From Eledone cirrhosa (lineage: Eukaryota): DNA of 64,000 nucleotides. The notes under the pieces are model-generated. The model had not been told where the DNA came from and searched no databases. It worked only from the letters and a program-made list of their open reading frames with translations. Made by a program: the position numbers and the translations under genes. This document shows, piece by piece, positions 41,801-53,720 of the stretch. Each line of letters begins with the position of its first letter. Position 1 is the first letter of the stretch. The stretch covers positions 71,424,001-71,488,000 of the forward strand of contig OZ024743.1 of NCBI GenBank assembly GCA_964016885.1, read 5' to 3'.

Positions 41801-42299
41801 GGTACTTGAGGCTTTTGCACCCCCCGCTCCTATCAGATACTCCCACACAATCCCAGCGTGCTTCTAAGATGCCATTCCAATCCCCTATTAACAGTAAAGG
41901 GCGAGACGTAAGCAGAAAGTTTTCCAGGCGCCTAAAGAAGTCCGGCCGACCGGCCCCAGTAGGGGCGTAGACGGCCACCAGTCTAAAGGCACCACCTTCG
42001 CTATTGCTCACGTCCAGGACCACCAACTTTCCGTCAGGATCCCGGAAGATTGACCTTACCTCGAGATCCAGACATTTCCTAAACAGCACAGCCACTCCAC
42101 CTCCCATTCCCGGCCGACTAACAGATGCAAAGATCTGATAATCGTCGAAAATCGGCGCCAGTGCGCGTGTGTCGGAAATTCTGGTCTCGCTGATGGCAAT
42201 TACATCCATTCCTAGTGACCTGAGGTCGTTGAGCAAGTGACCTTGCTTCCAGGGCGACCCCAGGCCACGAACATTTAAACTTCCTACTCTTATGGCCAT
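38880..42299 (-). CDS. Tx1 ORF2p: APE endonuclease, reverse transcriptase, C-terminal zinc finger
   Basis: 1139 aa; SLNVRG, ISET, GDWN, SYIDRIF, SDH (APE); KSPGLDG, FRPITLLN, DQSKAFDRV, RQGCPLS, AYADD (RT); CPRC...H...C zinc finger. Confidence 0.96.
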   Translation of the reverse strand: MAIRVGSLNVRGLGSPWKQGHLLNDLRSLGMDVIAISETRISDTRALAPIFDDYQIFASVSRPGMGGGVAVLFRKCLDLEVRSIFRDPDGKLVVLDVSNSEGGAFRLVAVYAPTGAGRPDFFRRLENFLLTSRPLLLIGDWNGILEARWDCVGVSDRSGGCKSLKYLISQFQLSDRYRLDFPNAPVWTWTNRIGSSRSYIDRIFIRKRDRNSVGCPHFKTVAYSDHKLVICMVDLDKTRRLGPSYWKLNMSFPARKAYRDRVNNLVKQKLTGGVVNNRWWGALKREIRATSIGFSKEVAIEKNRKEEGLIAKLDEAICSGIATDVLAARMALDHFFNAKHEGCIVRAKARALRNEGTKAARWARFAETQRGNKTTIRSLTDRDGHELSDSKRMCEAFRQHFARLFGRMGESEMAADFSPYLDGLPRLSTADAERCEEPITSAEIQDALVGCSSRKSPGLDGLPYELYVNMPDLFSDLLEALYCNWQQNGSIPSSVSRGVVTLIRKDENKRDTLDNFRPITLLNTEFKILAKVLAKRLALVVKDLVGEAQTCAIPTRSIHDNLHLMRYIIERVGCKPGFGGALINLDQSKAFDRVDHRYLEAVLEAAGFGPVFRSWIAAMYSGIRSVVKVNGHLSEPFQISRSVRQGCPLSSLLYVLTLEPLLRKLELLQGIPLEPGRRKAASAYADDITVMVSDTSEIEVIRTHLEEYERLTGAKLNPEKSVGLQLGTWRGKSMPSNSVVGRWTDGPVKLLGVWFGPDLQVDKNWDEVTSRIANLTQKWAERKLSLKGRAEVANAYIASVIYYRLTVVPCPRPRLANLERLLFKFLWRGRVPLVRRSICCQHPLRGGLGMPWLMMRRHALRLRHLQIFCLNGEQVWSPFVRRAFPQLISLTELQSWVKKRPRLGDWHLECCQALTALCKVGNAVSGTSTQDFYRGLVEGKCDDVLGEALGVNEVELTSMFRRTFEPGTMDNFQKSLAWQCYRGALPVRDKLYRHGSAVRRTCPRCAQSDETVLHALVQCPCIADLWGYVEQLLSRVERIRLSSESIVKIDPPPSFGQEGQAIFLCLVAVAKEVAWWTRLKGLKTDTFLFGQSLINFFKFHLERKVRVEREVLPPSTFTERWVNVARMARVSGPTLIMRL

Positions 42300-42328
42300 G
42301 CTGGCAGGATGAATGGGAGAGGAAAGGT

Positions 42329-44191
42329 TTACTTACCTTCCGGGGTCTTGTGAAGGTCGGGTGGTTCGACCTCCATGGTTTGTGGGGTTTCTTTTGGGAA
42401 CCCCTTTAATAGTCTTGACGTGGGTTTTACGTTCGGGGTTCCCACATCCCGAGGAAAGCTCTTTCGAATTTCTTTGTATGAAGCGAGCGACATTCGCATC
42501 AGAAGCAAATTATCTGGTACGCGAAATGTGCTCGCTTCAAATGTTTCCCCGTCTTTTTCGATGTTTGTGCTTCGTGCTACATGGGCCATCAATTCCTTGT
42601 TGGCCCTTCTGGCAAGCACGAAGTTTTTAATGTTTTGTTGCTCGGGTTTTATTTGTTCGTGTGATTGTGGTGGTGATAGCTTTGTTAGTGTTGTTTCTAT
42701 TGTGTCTGCGTTTGTTGTGGGTGGGGTGTCTGTAGTTTCTGATGTTTGTGTGTCTATTTGTTCTTGTGTCTGTTTAGCTTGTTTGCGTTTGGGGGATTTT
42801 GGTGGTTGTGTTGGTGATGCTGTGGGGAAAATGTTTGTGTGGGTGGTGTGTGTATTTTTTTTTGTGGGGGTGTTTGTGCTTTGTGGATTTCTTTTTTTTT
42901 TGTGTTTTGTTTTTTGTATTTTGGGGGACTTTGGTTTTCCCTCATCTTCACTGCTGGAGGATGAGGGGTCTGTGGCTGTGAGCGTGTTTGTGTCTGAGTG
43001 AGTGTTTATGTTCTTGTTCGTGTGTGTATTTTGGGGGGGAGGGGGAATGGGAGAGCTTTCCTCGTTTCCCCCCTGGGTGTGCAATTTTGGTGGTTCCATT
43101 GTTGACGGTGTTGCTGGTGGTCCTTGTCCCGGCGTCGCCAGCAGTGGAATCTTTCGACCCCTTGCGCTTTTCGGCAGTTGAGGGCAGAAGGCTCGCAAGT
43201 GTGTCGTTTCCCCACAAAGGAAACAATGCGGCCTTTTGCCCTCAGTCATTATATGCAACACCCTCCCGTTTTGGAGGCGGATGTGGTCCGGGATTGTTTT
43301 TACGTTTTCGGGTCTGATTTGGAGCAGTATCTCCAGATCAACCCCGGACCAGTCGTCCCTGGCAGTTCTCGTTGCCTCTACCGGGACTGTATCCGTTCCT
43401 TCCACGATTACGCAACCCAGGAGCCACCACATATCAAGTCCTGGTGGAATCCTGGGAATGCGCACACGTGCTATTCGTTTTCCCATGTGGGAGGGGTACA
43501 TTATGACCTTGCTGGTTTTGCAAGGGGTCATTGAATGCTTCACAGCGAGGGCTTCAGACTTGAACAGCACCGAAACGGTGCCGTATTGCCTGCCCCTCTC
43601 TATGAAGTCTGTGTCCTCTCTGATGTATTTCAGTGCGGCTTCTATGTCAGCTTGGGCGATTATCGCTGCCCTCTTTGTCTCTACTGAGATGCATCTGAAA
43701 TGCACCGTTCTTTTTTCCACTGCCTCAATGGCTTCTGCCGGGACAGTTAAGTTTGCCCAGGTCTGCTCTTGGTTTATGATTTTCCAGGCCTGGGCCAACT
43801 TTTCCTCTCTGTTGGTTAAGTCGATGCTGTAGCATGGTCTCCTTTTAGCCGCTGCCACAGCAGCGAAAGTGTTCTTGTTGGTGTTGTCACTGTTGTTGTT
43901 CTTGTTGGTGTTGCTGCTGCTATTGCTGTTGTTGTTCTCCCCTGTGTCGTGGTTACCTTCTGTGCTGTTGGCCTTGTTGGTGCTCTCGCTATTACCACCT
44001 TCTGCGCTGTTCGGCTTGTTGGTGTTGGTGTTGTCGCTGTTACCACCTTCCGCGCCGCTCGGCCCGTTGGTGCTGGCACTGTCGCTGCTCACATTCGTGC
44101 TGGTGGCGCTCCTCGCCTCACCTCTCCTCTCAACGCTCAAGTCGCCGTTGCACGACAGCAGACCCGCCTCTAGGGGGCGTGGCTCCGCCAT
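42329..44191 (-). CDS. Tx1 ORF1p (gag-like, CCHC zinc knuckle)
   Basis: 620 aa; CFLCGETTHLRAFC = CX2CX4HX4C; TFAAVAA motif typical of L1/Tx1 ORF1; low-complexity C-terminal half. Confidence 0.88.
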   Translation of the reverse strand: MAEPRPLEAGLLSCNGDLSVERRGEARSATSTNVSSDSASTNGPSGAEGGNSDNTNTNKPNSAEGGNSESTNKANSTEGNHDTGENNNSNSSSNTNKNNNSDNTNKNTFAAVAAAKRRPCYSIDLTNREEKLAQAWKIINQEQTWANLTVPAEAIEAVEKRTVHFRCISVETKRAAIIAQADIEAALKYIREDTDFIERGRQYGTVSVLFKSEALAVKHSMTPCKTSKVIMYPSHMGKRIARVRIPRIPPGLDMWWLLGCVIVEGTDTVPVEATRTARDDWSGVDLEILLQIRPENVKTIPDHIRLQNGRVLHIMTEGKRPHCFLCGETTHLRAFCPQLPKSARGRKIPLLATPGQGPPATPSTMEPPKLHTQGGNEESSPIPPPPQNTHTNKNINTHSDTNTLTATDPSSSSSEDEGKPKSPKIQKTKHKKKRNPQSTNTPTKKNTHTTHTNIFPTASPTQPPKSPKRKQAKQTQEQIDTQTSETTDTPPTTNADTIETTLTKLSPPQSHEQIKPEQQNIKNFVLARRANKELMAHVARSTNIEKDGETFEASTFRVPDNLLLMRMSLASYKEIRKSFPRDVGTPNVKPTSRLLKGFPKETPQTMEVEPPDLHKTPEGK

Positions 44192-44400
44192 GTTTTTTTG
44201 AGAAAAAAATTATTATTTTTTTCAAAATAAAGTTCAAATATTTGGGCCAAAAGGCCCAAATATTATGAGTTATTCCTTCACAGGATACAAATTAATGTCT
44301 TATAATGCTTCAGCGGTACAAAAAATAAACAATTCTCTACAATTAATCCTCAAAAATTGCTTACTCACGGAGCTTCAAAAAACGTACATCCACTTTCGTC

Positions 44401-44430
<30 letters not shown>

Positions 44431-44433
<3 letters not shown>

Positions 44434-47047
44434 CAACGAAAGAAACTTCTACAGAAAAATTGGTAAGTCAACAATAACTGCTAAATCAATACCACCCAAG
44501 TGCAAGAATTCTGGGAAAAGATCTGGGTCGAAGAAAAAGTTCATAATATACATGCCCCATGGATAGACAGACAAATGAAAGATACAGCTCACCTTGAGGA
44601 ACAAATATGGGAAAATATAACAGTTGAACAGATGCGTTTGGCTCTAAGAAAAACCAGCAAATGGAAATCCCCAGGAAAAGACAAAATACAAAATTTTTGG
44701 ATAGATGCCTTCACAGAGTCTCATGAGCTGTTAGCCCAACTTTACAATGAAATAGTTAAGGAGCCAGAAAAATACCATCATGGCTAGTTAACGGCATTAC
44801 ATTCCTGCTTCCGAAAAATGATGAGACAAACAATCCCAAAAATTACAGACCGATAACTTGCTTGACCACAATGTATAAAATTTTAACATCAGTCCTAACT
44901 GAATATACATATGACCACCTGATAACAAATGACCTATTTCCCATTGAGCAGAAAGGGTGTAAATGAGGCTCATATGGCTGTAAGGATCAGCTTTTGGTTA
45001 ACAAAATGATACTGGAAGATTGTCATAATAGACACAAAAATCTATCAATTGCTTGGATAGATTATAAAAAAAGCATTCGATAGTTTGCCACACAGTTGGA
45101 TTGAAAAATGTTTAGAGATTTTCAAAATATCTCCCGTTGTCAGGAGGTTTTTGTCATTCAGTATGGAGACATGGAAAACGAGACTCCTTTTGAATAGTGA
45201 AACAAAATCACTGGAAGCTGGAGAAATTAATATTAATTGTGGAATTTTTCAGGGTGACTCTTTATCACCGCTTTTATTCTGCATCGCACTTATAACATTA
45301 AGTAAAATGCTTAATGAAACAAAACATGGATATAAAGTCTATGACAAAACCATTAATCACTTGTTCTACATGGATGACCTGAAACTATTTGCAAAAAATG
45401 ATGAACAATTGCAAATGATGAGCAATTGCACCGTGGAGCAGTTCAGTGATGACATTAAAATGGAGTTTGGACTAGATAAATGCGCCAAAGCAACGTTCAC
45501 CAGAGGAAAGCTGCTGAAAAGTTCAGACATTAATCTTGATCGGGGGAATGTGATAAGAGAACATAATCAAGAGGAAACTTACACATATCTAGGTGTTTGT
45601 GAAGGAGACTGAATCAGCACTCGACAATGAGGGAAAGGATAAGGAAGGAATGTTACCGCAGAGTAAGAGCAATCTTAAGAACGGAATTGAATGCAAGGAA
45701 TAGGGCCGATGCCATAAACACGCTTGCCATACCAGTAGTAATCTACAGTTAGAATGTCATCAACTGGTCAAGCACAGAGATCCGTAGGCTCGATACAAAA
45801 ATTCGAAAATTCTTAACCATGCACAGAATGCATCACCCTAAGGCAGACATAGATAGAATATATCTCCCTAGGAAAGAAGGAGGACGTGGGTTAATCCAGT
45901 TAGACATTGCGTTGAAAACTGCAACAATTGGATTATCTACATATCTAAGGGAATCACATGATTGGATGATCAAACTCGTTTTGAAACACGAAAGCATCAA
46001 AAGATCATACTCCATTACAAAAGATGCACAAAGATACAGTAATGGACTACAAATTTCAGAAGTCCCATTTACTGCTGAAATGGAAAACACAGAAAAAGCA
46101 AACCAGGTAAAAGTAACTGCAAAGAAAGAACTGCTACAGAAACTGGCTAAGAAATGGCAAGAAAAGCCTCTCTATGGAAAATACCCAGAACGAGCTAACA
46201 ATCCTGATGTTGACAAAACTTGGTTGGCATTCTCTGGACTGAAATGAGAGACTGAAGGACTGATTATATCAGCACAAGATCAGTGTCTGTCATGAAAAAA
46301 TTACCAAACCAACATAATAAAAAATGGATGCAGCCCATTATGCCGTGTATGTAAAAAACAACCATAGGTCATTGACCATATAATTTCAATGTGCAGTCCT
46401 ATAGCTCCAACCGAATACCTAAACAGGTATGACAGAGCTGCACAATACATACATTGGATAATGTGTAAGCATTTTGACCTGCCCCATCAAACGAATTGGT
46501 GGGAGCATCAACCACCGCCCATACTTGAAAAAGATCACATCTCAATCTTGTGGAACTTTAGCATCCAAACAGACCGAAAAATAGATGCAAATAGACCTGA
46601 TATGATATTGAAGGACTTTAAAAAGAGGGTATGCCTGCTAATTGATATGTCCATTCCAATAGACAAGAATGTATCTAGAAAAACATTTGAAAAATTGAGC
46701 AAGTATAAGGACCTGGAGATAGAAATTGGAAAAATGTGGAAATTGAGAACTAAAACAATACCAGTGGTTGTAGGCGCTCTAGGAATGATACCTAAGGGGT
46801 CTAATGATTACTTATCGCAAATCCCAGGAAACCCGCATATAGGAGAAATACAAAAGATAGTACTAATGGGAACTGCCCATATACTAAGGAAGATTCTGTC
46901 AATATAAGTACATCACAAGTCTAAACACCTAAAGATGCATGTGTGAGTATATATGTTCTTTCTTGAACATGGCGGACCTTGTTGTCTCTTGAGGTCACTG
47001 GTTGTGACTTGGTGATAACTCGTATGAACATAAAGCAAGATAAATGC
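44431..47047 (+). mobile_element. 5'-truncated, frameshifted R4/Dong-type non-LTR retrotransposon (RT + restriction-like endonuclease)
   Basis: Fragments WKSPGKD, GIFQGDSLSPLLFC, HLFYMDDLKL, MEFGLDKCA, RKEGGRGL, RPDMIL...LIDMSIP...KYKDL. Flanked by (AAT)n; several stops and frameshifts. Confidence 0.88.
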
Positions 47048-47051
47048 AGCT

Positions 47052-47103
<52 letters not shown>

Positions 47104-47136
47104 TAATAATAATAATAATAATAATAAATAATAAAA

Positions 47137-47830
47137 AATACCCAGAAAGAGATAGGAATCCTGATGTTGACAAAACTTTAACCCATCAGTGGTTGGCATC
47201 CTCTGGACTGAAATCGGAGACTGAAGGACTGATTATAACAGCACAAGATCAGTGGCTGCCAACAAAAAATTACCAAGCCAACATAATAAAAAATGGATGC
47301 AACCCATTATGGCGTGTATGTAAAAAACAACCAGAGATCATATAATTTCAATGTGCAGTCCTATAGCTCCAACCGAATACCTAAACAGGCATGACAGAGC
47401 TGCACAATACATCCATTGGATAATGTGTAAGCATTTTGACCTGCCCCATCAAAAGAATTGGTTGAGCATCAACCACCTCCCATACTTGAAAAAGATCACA
47501 TCTCAATCTTGTGGAACTTTAGCATCCAAACAGACCGAAGAACCAGTGGTTGTAGGCGCTCTAGGAATGATACTTAAGGGGTCTAATGACTACTTATCGC
47601 ACATCCCAGGAAACCCGCGTATAGGAGAACTACAAAAGATAGTACTAATGGGAACTGCCCATATACTAAGGAAGATTCTGTCAATATAAGTACATCACAA
47701 GTCTAAACACATTATGATGCATGTGTGAGTATGTATGTTCTTTCTTGAACATGGCGGACCTTGTTGTCTCTTGAGGTCACTGGTTGTGACTTGGTGATAA
47801 CTCGTATGAACATAAAGCAAGATAAATGCA
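47137..47830 (+). mobile_element. Second, shorter 3' fragment of the same R4/Dong-type family
   Basis: Parallels about 46180-47047 with an internal deletion in the RLE region; ends in (AAT)n. Confidence 0.85.
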
Positions 47831-47865
<35 letters not shown>

Positions 47866-48051
47866 GAAGAAATTTGTTTAGAATCTCCCTGAACTAAAGA
47901 GAATATATTTACGTTACCTGAAGAATGTTCATCGTTCGGTGAAGAAGGAGGTGGGGAAGGTGGCATATATGACCCATTATTGTTTCAACGCTTCCAAAAG
48001 TCCAACCTGTTATCTGAGTGGATGACTTTTATCTGAGTGAACATTACTAAT

Positions 48052-48220
48052 AACTGTTTCTACTTTTGGCACAAGGCCAGCAATTATCCAGTGTATTACT
48101 GGTACTTTATTTTATCGACCCCGTAAGGATGAAAGGCAAAGTTTTACCCCGGCGGGATTTGAACTCAGATCATAAAGCATGGTGTCTGACCCTCTACCGA
48201 TACTGCCAATCCACCGCCCT
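48052..48220 (-). mobile_element. tRNA-derived SINE
   Basis: Reverse complement of the 13528 family. Confidence 0.8.
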
Positions 48221-48796
48221 ACATTAATAATATCACCTGTTGATCAGGTGACGGTTTTAAACCGGGTGACGGATTGAGCCTACCTATCAAGAAATCGTAA
48301 CAAGGGACGCCAGAACGTAGGCGGCAAAGTATTTCATTCAACACCCTAAAACCCACGACAATCCAGCACCGTGGACTGGTACTTCATTTTATCGCTCCCT
48401 GAAAAGATGAAAGACAAAGCTGCCCCACACTCCTTGTGCTACTTTCAAATTAGATTGCTAGAAAAAAATACCAATACATTTTCTTATAGATTCTACCGAT
48501 TCTTCCAATCGATCCTAAAGTAATTCTGAACGTCAACGTGCTAGTGGCTGAGCATTTCATTAACACCTGCAGTATTAATGGAGTTCTATATGAGATTTAG
48601 CGTGACACTGTGTGTGACAAGACTGGCTCTTTGAATATAGGTACATCACCTCTTCTGATACCACCAACACAACGCCAACATCGTCTCAATACCATTTCCA
48701 CCTCCCCAACAGCACCACTTTTTCAATGAGCGTTAGATGCTATAAGGTTGCTATTGCTAGAAGGGCGCCTGACAATCTAGACTCTAGATTCTAGAG

Positions 48797-49128
48797 CAGC
48801 GTTTCTCAACCGGTGTTCCCCGGAACCCTAGGATTCCGCAAGATGTCGCTAGGGGTTCAGCGAGAACCAGTGATAAATAAACTAATGTATTTCTTAAAAG
48901 TAATTTTTGTTTAATTTTATATTCGTAATTTTACTATGCATTTACGGCATATTGTCGGAAAATCCTTGTTTATTTTAAGAAAGACTTCAACCTCTTATAT
49001 TATTTAAAACGAGGTCAATATAAGAGATAGATATTAATAATGGTATATAATAATTTTTATGTAGGGGTTCCCTGAGACATGAACCTATTTCAAGGGTTCC
49101 ACAAGGGTAAAAAGGTTGAGAAACGCTG
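48797..49128. mobile_element. hAT (Charlie-like) MITE
   Basis: Perfect 15 bp TIR cagcgtttctcaacc / ggttgagaaacgctg; 8 bp TSD ttctagag / ttctaggg. Confidence 0.9.
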
Positions 49129-49426
49129 TTCTAGGGGAATCTTCGTTGGCCTTTGTACATACAATGACGATCATTTCTGAAGTATTAATTTTCAGAATAT
49201 TAGAAATGGACCTCCATTGATGTCGGCGATGTGTGTTTTAGTTGTTCTTGAGAATGTCCTATATTGCATGAAACTTGTCAAAGAAAGTTCTACAAGCACA
49301 CTATAATAATTGCATACAATGTAATTTAGTATTCAGTTGTTTAATAGCTAAATTACTTGCAAACTATTACACACACACACACACACACCTGTCTGTCTTT
49401 CATATAATACTTATATGTGTATATAT

Positions 49427-49589
<163 letters not shown>

Positions 49590-49698
49590 AATATATATAT
49601 AAGAAAAGGAATATTTAATTTGTTGGTAATTCAACAAATATATACTGTATATTTATAATAACTGATTCGAGGCACTCGACAAGTTTTCTGAAGTATAA

Positions 49699-51137
49699 TA
49701 TCAATGATATTAATAAATGGAAACTATATTTATAAAACCATATTTATTCTATTATATATATTTCAAGGGTACCAAAACTTTGTTACGCTCTCATCAGATA
49801 AAATACAAAGTTTGTTTTATAAATATTGACATATCCAGGAACGAGATCTTAACGGTTCGAGTTTTACCTGGATAGTAAAAGGAAAAAGGGGAAAGAGAGG
49901 AAAAATCAAATATTTCAAATTATTAAGATGAATATGCAAATGAGGTTGAGGTATAGGGCTGAAAAAAACTTTATTTTTAGACGCTAGGTAGATATAAATA
50001 ATTATTAGGATATACGCGTATATATGTATGTGTAGGAAGAAGAAAGAGAAATAAAAAGAAAGAAAAGCTTGTATTTACGTGAATTTCAAAAGATTGAAAT
50101 GTTAAGAATTAACAGTTTGTTGGAGTGGTGGAATATGATTCCAGAATTTAAAAAAATATTTAGCTAAATTATGAGTTATAATATTATATATATAATCAAT
50201 TATATTATATGAAGAATTATGGTTGTAAGTACATTTTATCTTATTACTTTGCAACCGGTAGTAAGTATATATATATCTATATAGATTAATAAGTGTATAA
50301 GTGTATTATTGGTGATTATATAGATATAAAAACACACGTATTAATTGTTTACATTTCTAATATAAGTTACGAAGGATATTGATTTTTACATTTTACATAT
50401 GTATTTAAGAAAAAGACGTAGTTCAAATTATAAGAGAAGAACAATTTGTAGATTCAAATATTTTCATCCAGCATTGAAAATATTTTCAGAACATTATTAA
50501 TTTAGCGAAATTACATAATTTATCATACAAGTTATTATGTTTATGTTTGCTCAATTGTAAAGGAAAAGATAACTCTATTATTTTTTGTTAAACTATTAAT
50601 ATTATTTGTTAAACCATCATTCTTCATATAATCTAATTGATTATATATATAATATTGTAACTCATAATTTAGCTAAATATTTTTTAAATTCTGGAATCAT
50701 ATTCCACCACTCCAACAAACTGTTAATTCTTAACATTTCAATCTTTTGAAATTCACGTAAATACAAGCTTTTCTTTCTTTTTATTTCTCTTTCTTCTTCC
50801 TACACATACATATATACGCGTATATCCTAATAATTATTTATATCTACCTAGCGTCTAAAAATAACGTTTTTTTCAGACCTATACCTCAACCTCATTTGCA
50901 TATTCATCTTAATAATTTGACATATTTGATTTTTCCTCTCTTTCCCCTTTTTCCTTTTACTATCCAGGTAAAACTTGAACCGTTAAGATCTCGTTTCTGA
51001 ATATGTCAGTATTTATAAAACAAACTTTGTATTTTATGTGATGAGAGCGTACCAAAGTTTCGGTACCCTTGAAATATATATAATAGAATAAATATGGTTT
51101 TATAAATATAGTTTCCATTTATTAATATCATTGATAT
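49699..51137. mobile_element. Penelope-like fold-back element, arms of about 500 bp
   Basis: About 49699-50195 is inverted against about 50640-51137; outer ends are homologous to the 5739-6088 palindrome. Confidence 0.8.
49745..49805 (-). ncRNA. Minimal type I hammerhead ribozyme, same family as 5982
   Basis: tattttat-CTGATGA-gag...ctt-GAAA-TATATA-TA-atagaata. The mirror copy at 51030-51090 has GTGATGA. Confidence 0.75.
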
Positions 51138-51554
51138 ATATATATATATATAGTAATGATAATAAATTTGAAAACTAAAATCCAAAGAGGGCTCGATAAT
51201 GATAAATATATATCAAATATATAAGAACCGTAGAGCAAATATTTATTAATATAACAGATTAAAGTTTAAATCTACTCCATGAATATTGCACGCGAGAAGA
51301 ACACCGTTCTTCACCCCATACCCACGGGATAGCTGTTACAACACTGAAATCTGCTAGATGTCCAAGAATATCGAGTGGATATCGGCAGAAAATTCAATTC
51401 TGCTATATCGGACAAAAAGCAAAAGAATTCGCCATCAAATATTACCTCCCTTTAGTCAGAAAAATTTTGTAGAACTCTTTTAAAAGGAAAAAGTACAAGA
51501 CGCCAGAAACGTATTTTAAAACAAAGCCTGATGATTGATGGTCTTCTATCACAT

Positions 51555-53300
51555 AGGGTCGTGAGGGAAGAGTCCTCAAGCACCTCGTCCAGTGGGTCCT
51601 GTTAAAATTAACCGCCTCCAATTGAGCCGGCTGATCCCAAGTAAGATCAGCTAAGCTCATGAATGTTATCTAAACATCTTGCTAGGGGTCTACACTTGGG
51701 TCTCCAGCCAATTTGTTTTACCCATAACCGCTGTCCAGCCATTCTTTACCACACGTCCGTAATATCGGAGCTGTGATACTTTAATTCCTAGTAATGTCTC
51801 TCTCTACACTGAGTGATTCTCTGATATCCAAGCTACGCACTCTATCGAGTAATCCCATTTCGGCCGCTTGTATTTTCAATCGTTTTCTTTTAATCATTAC
51901 CGAAGATTCATGACCATAAGTAAAGGTTGACATAAATACCGAAATGAAAATAGCAAGATTGGTTTTTGCACGCATCTCCCCTTTTCTGATTGCCGAATGA
52001 TGCAGATGGCCCATTGTTGTACCAGCCATTCCTGCACTTAATCAGCCTCCTGCTTTCTATCACACGTGACAATATCTCCAAGATATTTGAACTACTCTAC
52101 CGGTTTCAGTGGAACTCCACTCACACATAGAGTACACTGCGCAAGCTTCCTTGAGAGGACGAGTGTCTCAGTCTTCACAGCACTTGGCATCAAATCTATC
52201 AAGTGCATACCGGAGATGGAATTTAGGTGAGTTATGTAATACTATGCCGTCCACAAATTTCAACCAACTGATCTCACACCTGACAGTTTTGATACCACTT
52301 CCTGCTTAGCTGTGCATGTCAATCCTGTCCACGAAGACAGGTGACAGTACGCATCCTTGGTGAAATTTGACACCTTCATTGAACAATTTTCACTTAGAAT
52401 CATTTATCCGAACCCAAATACAAAAGTATTCATACAGAGACACCACGGCTCCAAGAAGCGGTCTATCTATCCCTTACTCTCGCAGAACCTTCCAAAACTG
52501 GTAACCTGAAACGCGCCCTTATGTCTTTTAGAGATCTAAGAATTAAACATCCCTTGGCAATATTTGCACGGTTTCTCAAAGACTTGACACATTGGAGGTT
52601 TGGTCAGAGTGAAACCTCACTGTTCGTCAACTAGCTTCGACTCGACAATATCGCTACTTTTCATTGCCAGACAATTAGCATAGATTTTATCAGAGAGGCT
52701 AAACCCGAAGATCCTTCGATATTTGGAACACTGTTTCTTGTCTCCCCTTTTGAAAATAGGGAATATCAATCCCGATTGCCATTGCTTAGGTGCCTTTCCA
52801 GAAATCAAGTCCACCTGGCACTGACGAGTCAGACAGAGAATATTTTCTCTATTTAAAGTTTTTAAAATCTAGGACCGAATTTCATTCTCCTTAGCGATGT
52901 TGACACTTTGAACTCCTTAATCTCTCTTGTGGCCTACGCGAGGTTAGTCATCGCTCTAAGATTGACATCAAAAGATGCTGTCGTGACCGGGTTTAGGAGA
53001 TCAGCAATTATCCTCCTCACCTCGCGAGGATGCAACACACCGAAGAGAGAAGAATCCCAGATACTTTCCCTATAGCAGGCGTCAAGGAAGACTTCTTATT
53101 ATGAAATAGGTGGATGGTCTGCCAGAATAATTTATTCGCTTACCTGAAGTTACATTCCAAATTAACTTCAAAGTCCCCTCATGTCTTAAATTTGGACAAC
53201 TTTACTGCCTCCCCGCTGTAACCTTTGGCGCCTACTTGTACCGCAAGTACAAGAAGAACCTATTTCCAACCAAGCTTTGTAAGCCACCTTCATTGGTTGC
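51555..53300 (-). mobile_element. Degraded RTE-clade LINE
   Basis: PKQWQSGLIFPIFKRGDKKQCSKYRRI and FTYGHESSVM...IQAAEMG remnants; same family as 29320-30060. Confidence 0.8.
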
Positions 53301-53529
53301 AGGGCATATTTCAACTCTTGATCGTACCACCGGATCCTCCTAACTCTCGGTGCTTCACCAAGCAGCTTTCACCTGCAGAATTAAACAGCTCAAGCAGAAA
53401 TTGCCGTTTCAACGTCCTCAGTATACTCAATGTTTTCTCTGAATTTGAATGCGATAGTACCCGATTACCTGGTTCTGACAATCTTCTCTCACAGCAAATC
53501 AATCCAAATTCTAATCCACTCCATAGGGA

Positions 53530-53720
53530 ACATAGTAATGTTCAGAAAGTTCTGAGTATCTCTAAGGAGCCATAATGGCATGAAATGGCCAAGCAGGCAC
53601 AGGAAGCAACAGATCGCAGAGACTTCGAAACATTTCTTTCATTTGTAAAATACTTTTGTGGTCCAAAATCATCTTCAATCGCACCTGTCAGACACCATGG
53701 TAGAAATGATCTTGTGTATT
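53530..53720 (+). mobile_element. Short RTE (BovB-like) ORF remnant
   Basis: Reads WHEMAKQAQEATDRRDFETF...GPKSSSIAPV, like the RTE linker between endonuclease and RT. Confidence 0.45.

Larger units (their letters stand above)
38621..44400 (-). mobile_element. Full-length Tx1-clade (L1 group) non-LTR retrotransposon
   Basis: Two intact ORFs, about 200 nt 5' UTR, 3' UTR with AATAAA (38628-38633, minus) just before the junction. (AAT)n on both sides. Much higher GC than the flanks. Confidence 0.93.

Noticed and set aside
39077-44201. Plus-strand ORFs overlapping Tx1
   Set aside because: Antisense shadows of GC-rich coding sequence.
50195-50760. Possible GIY-YIG or RT remnant inside the large fold-back
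   Set aside because: No convincing motif could be read in any frame.
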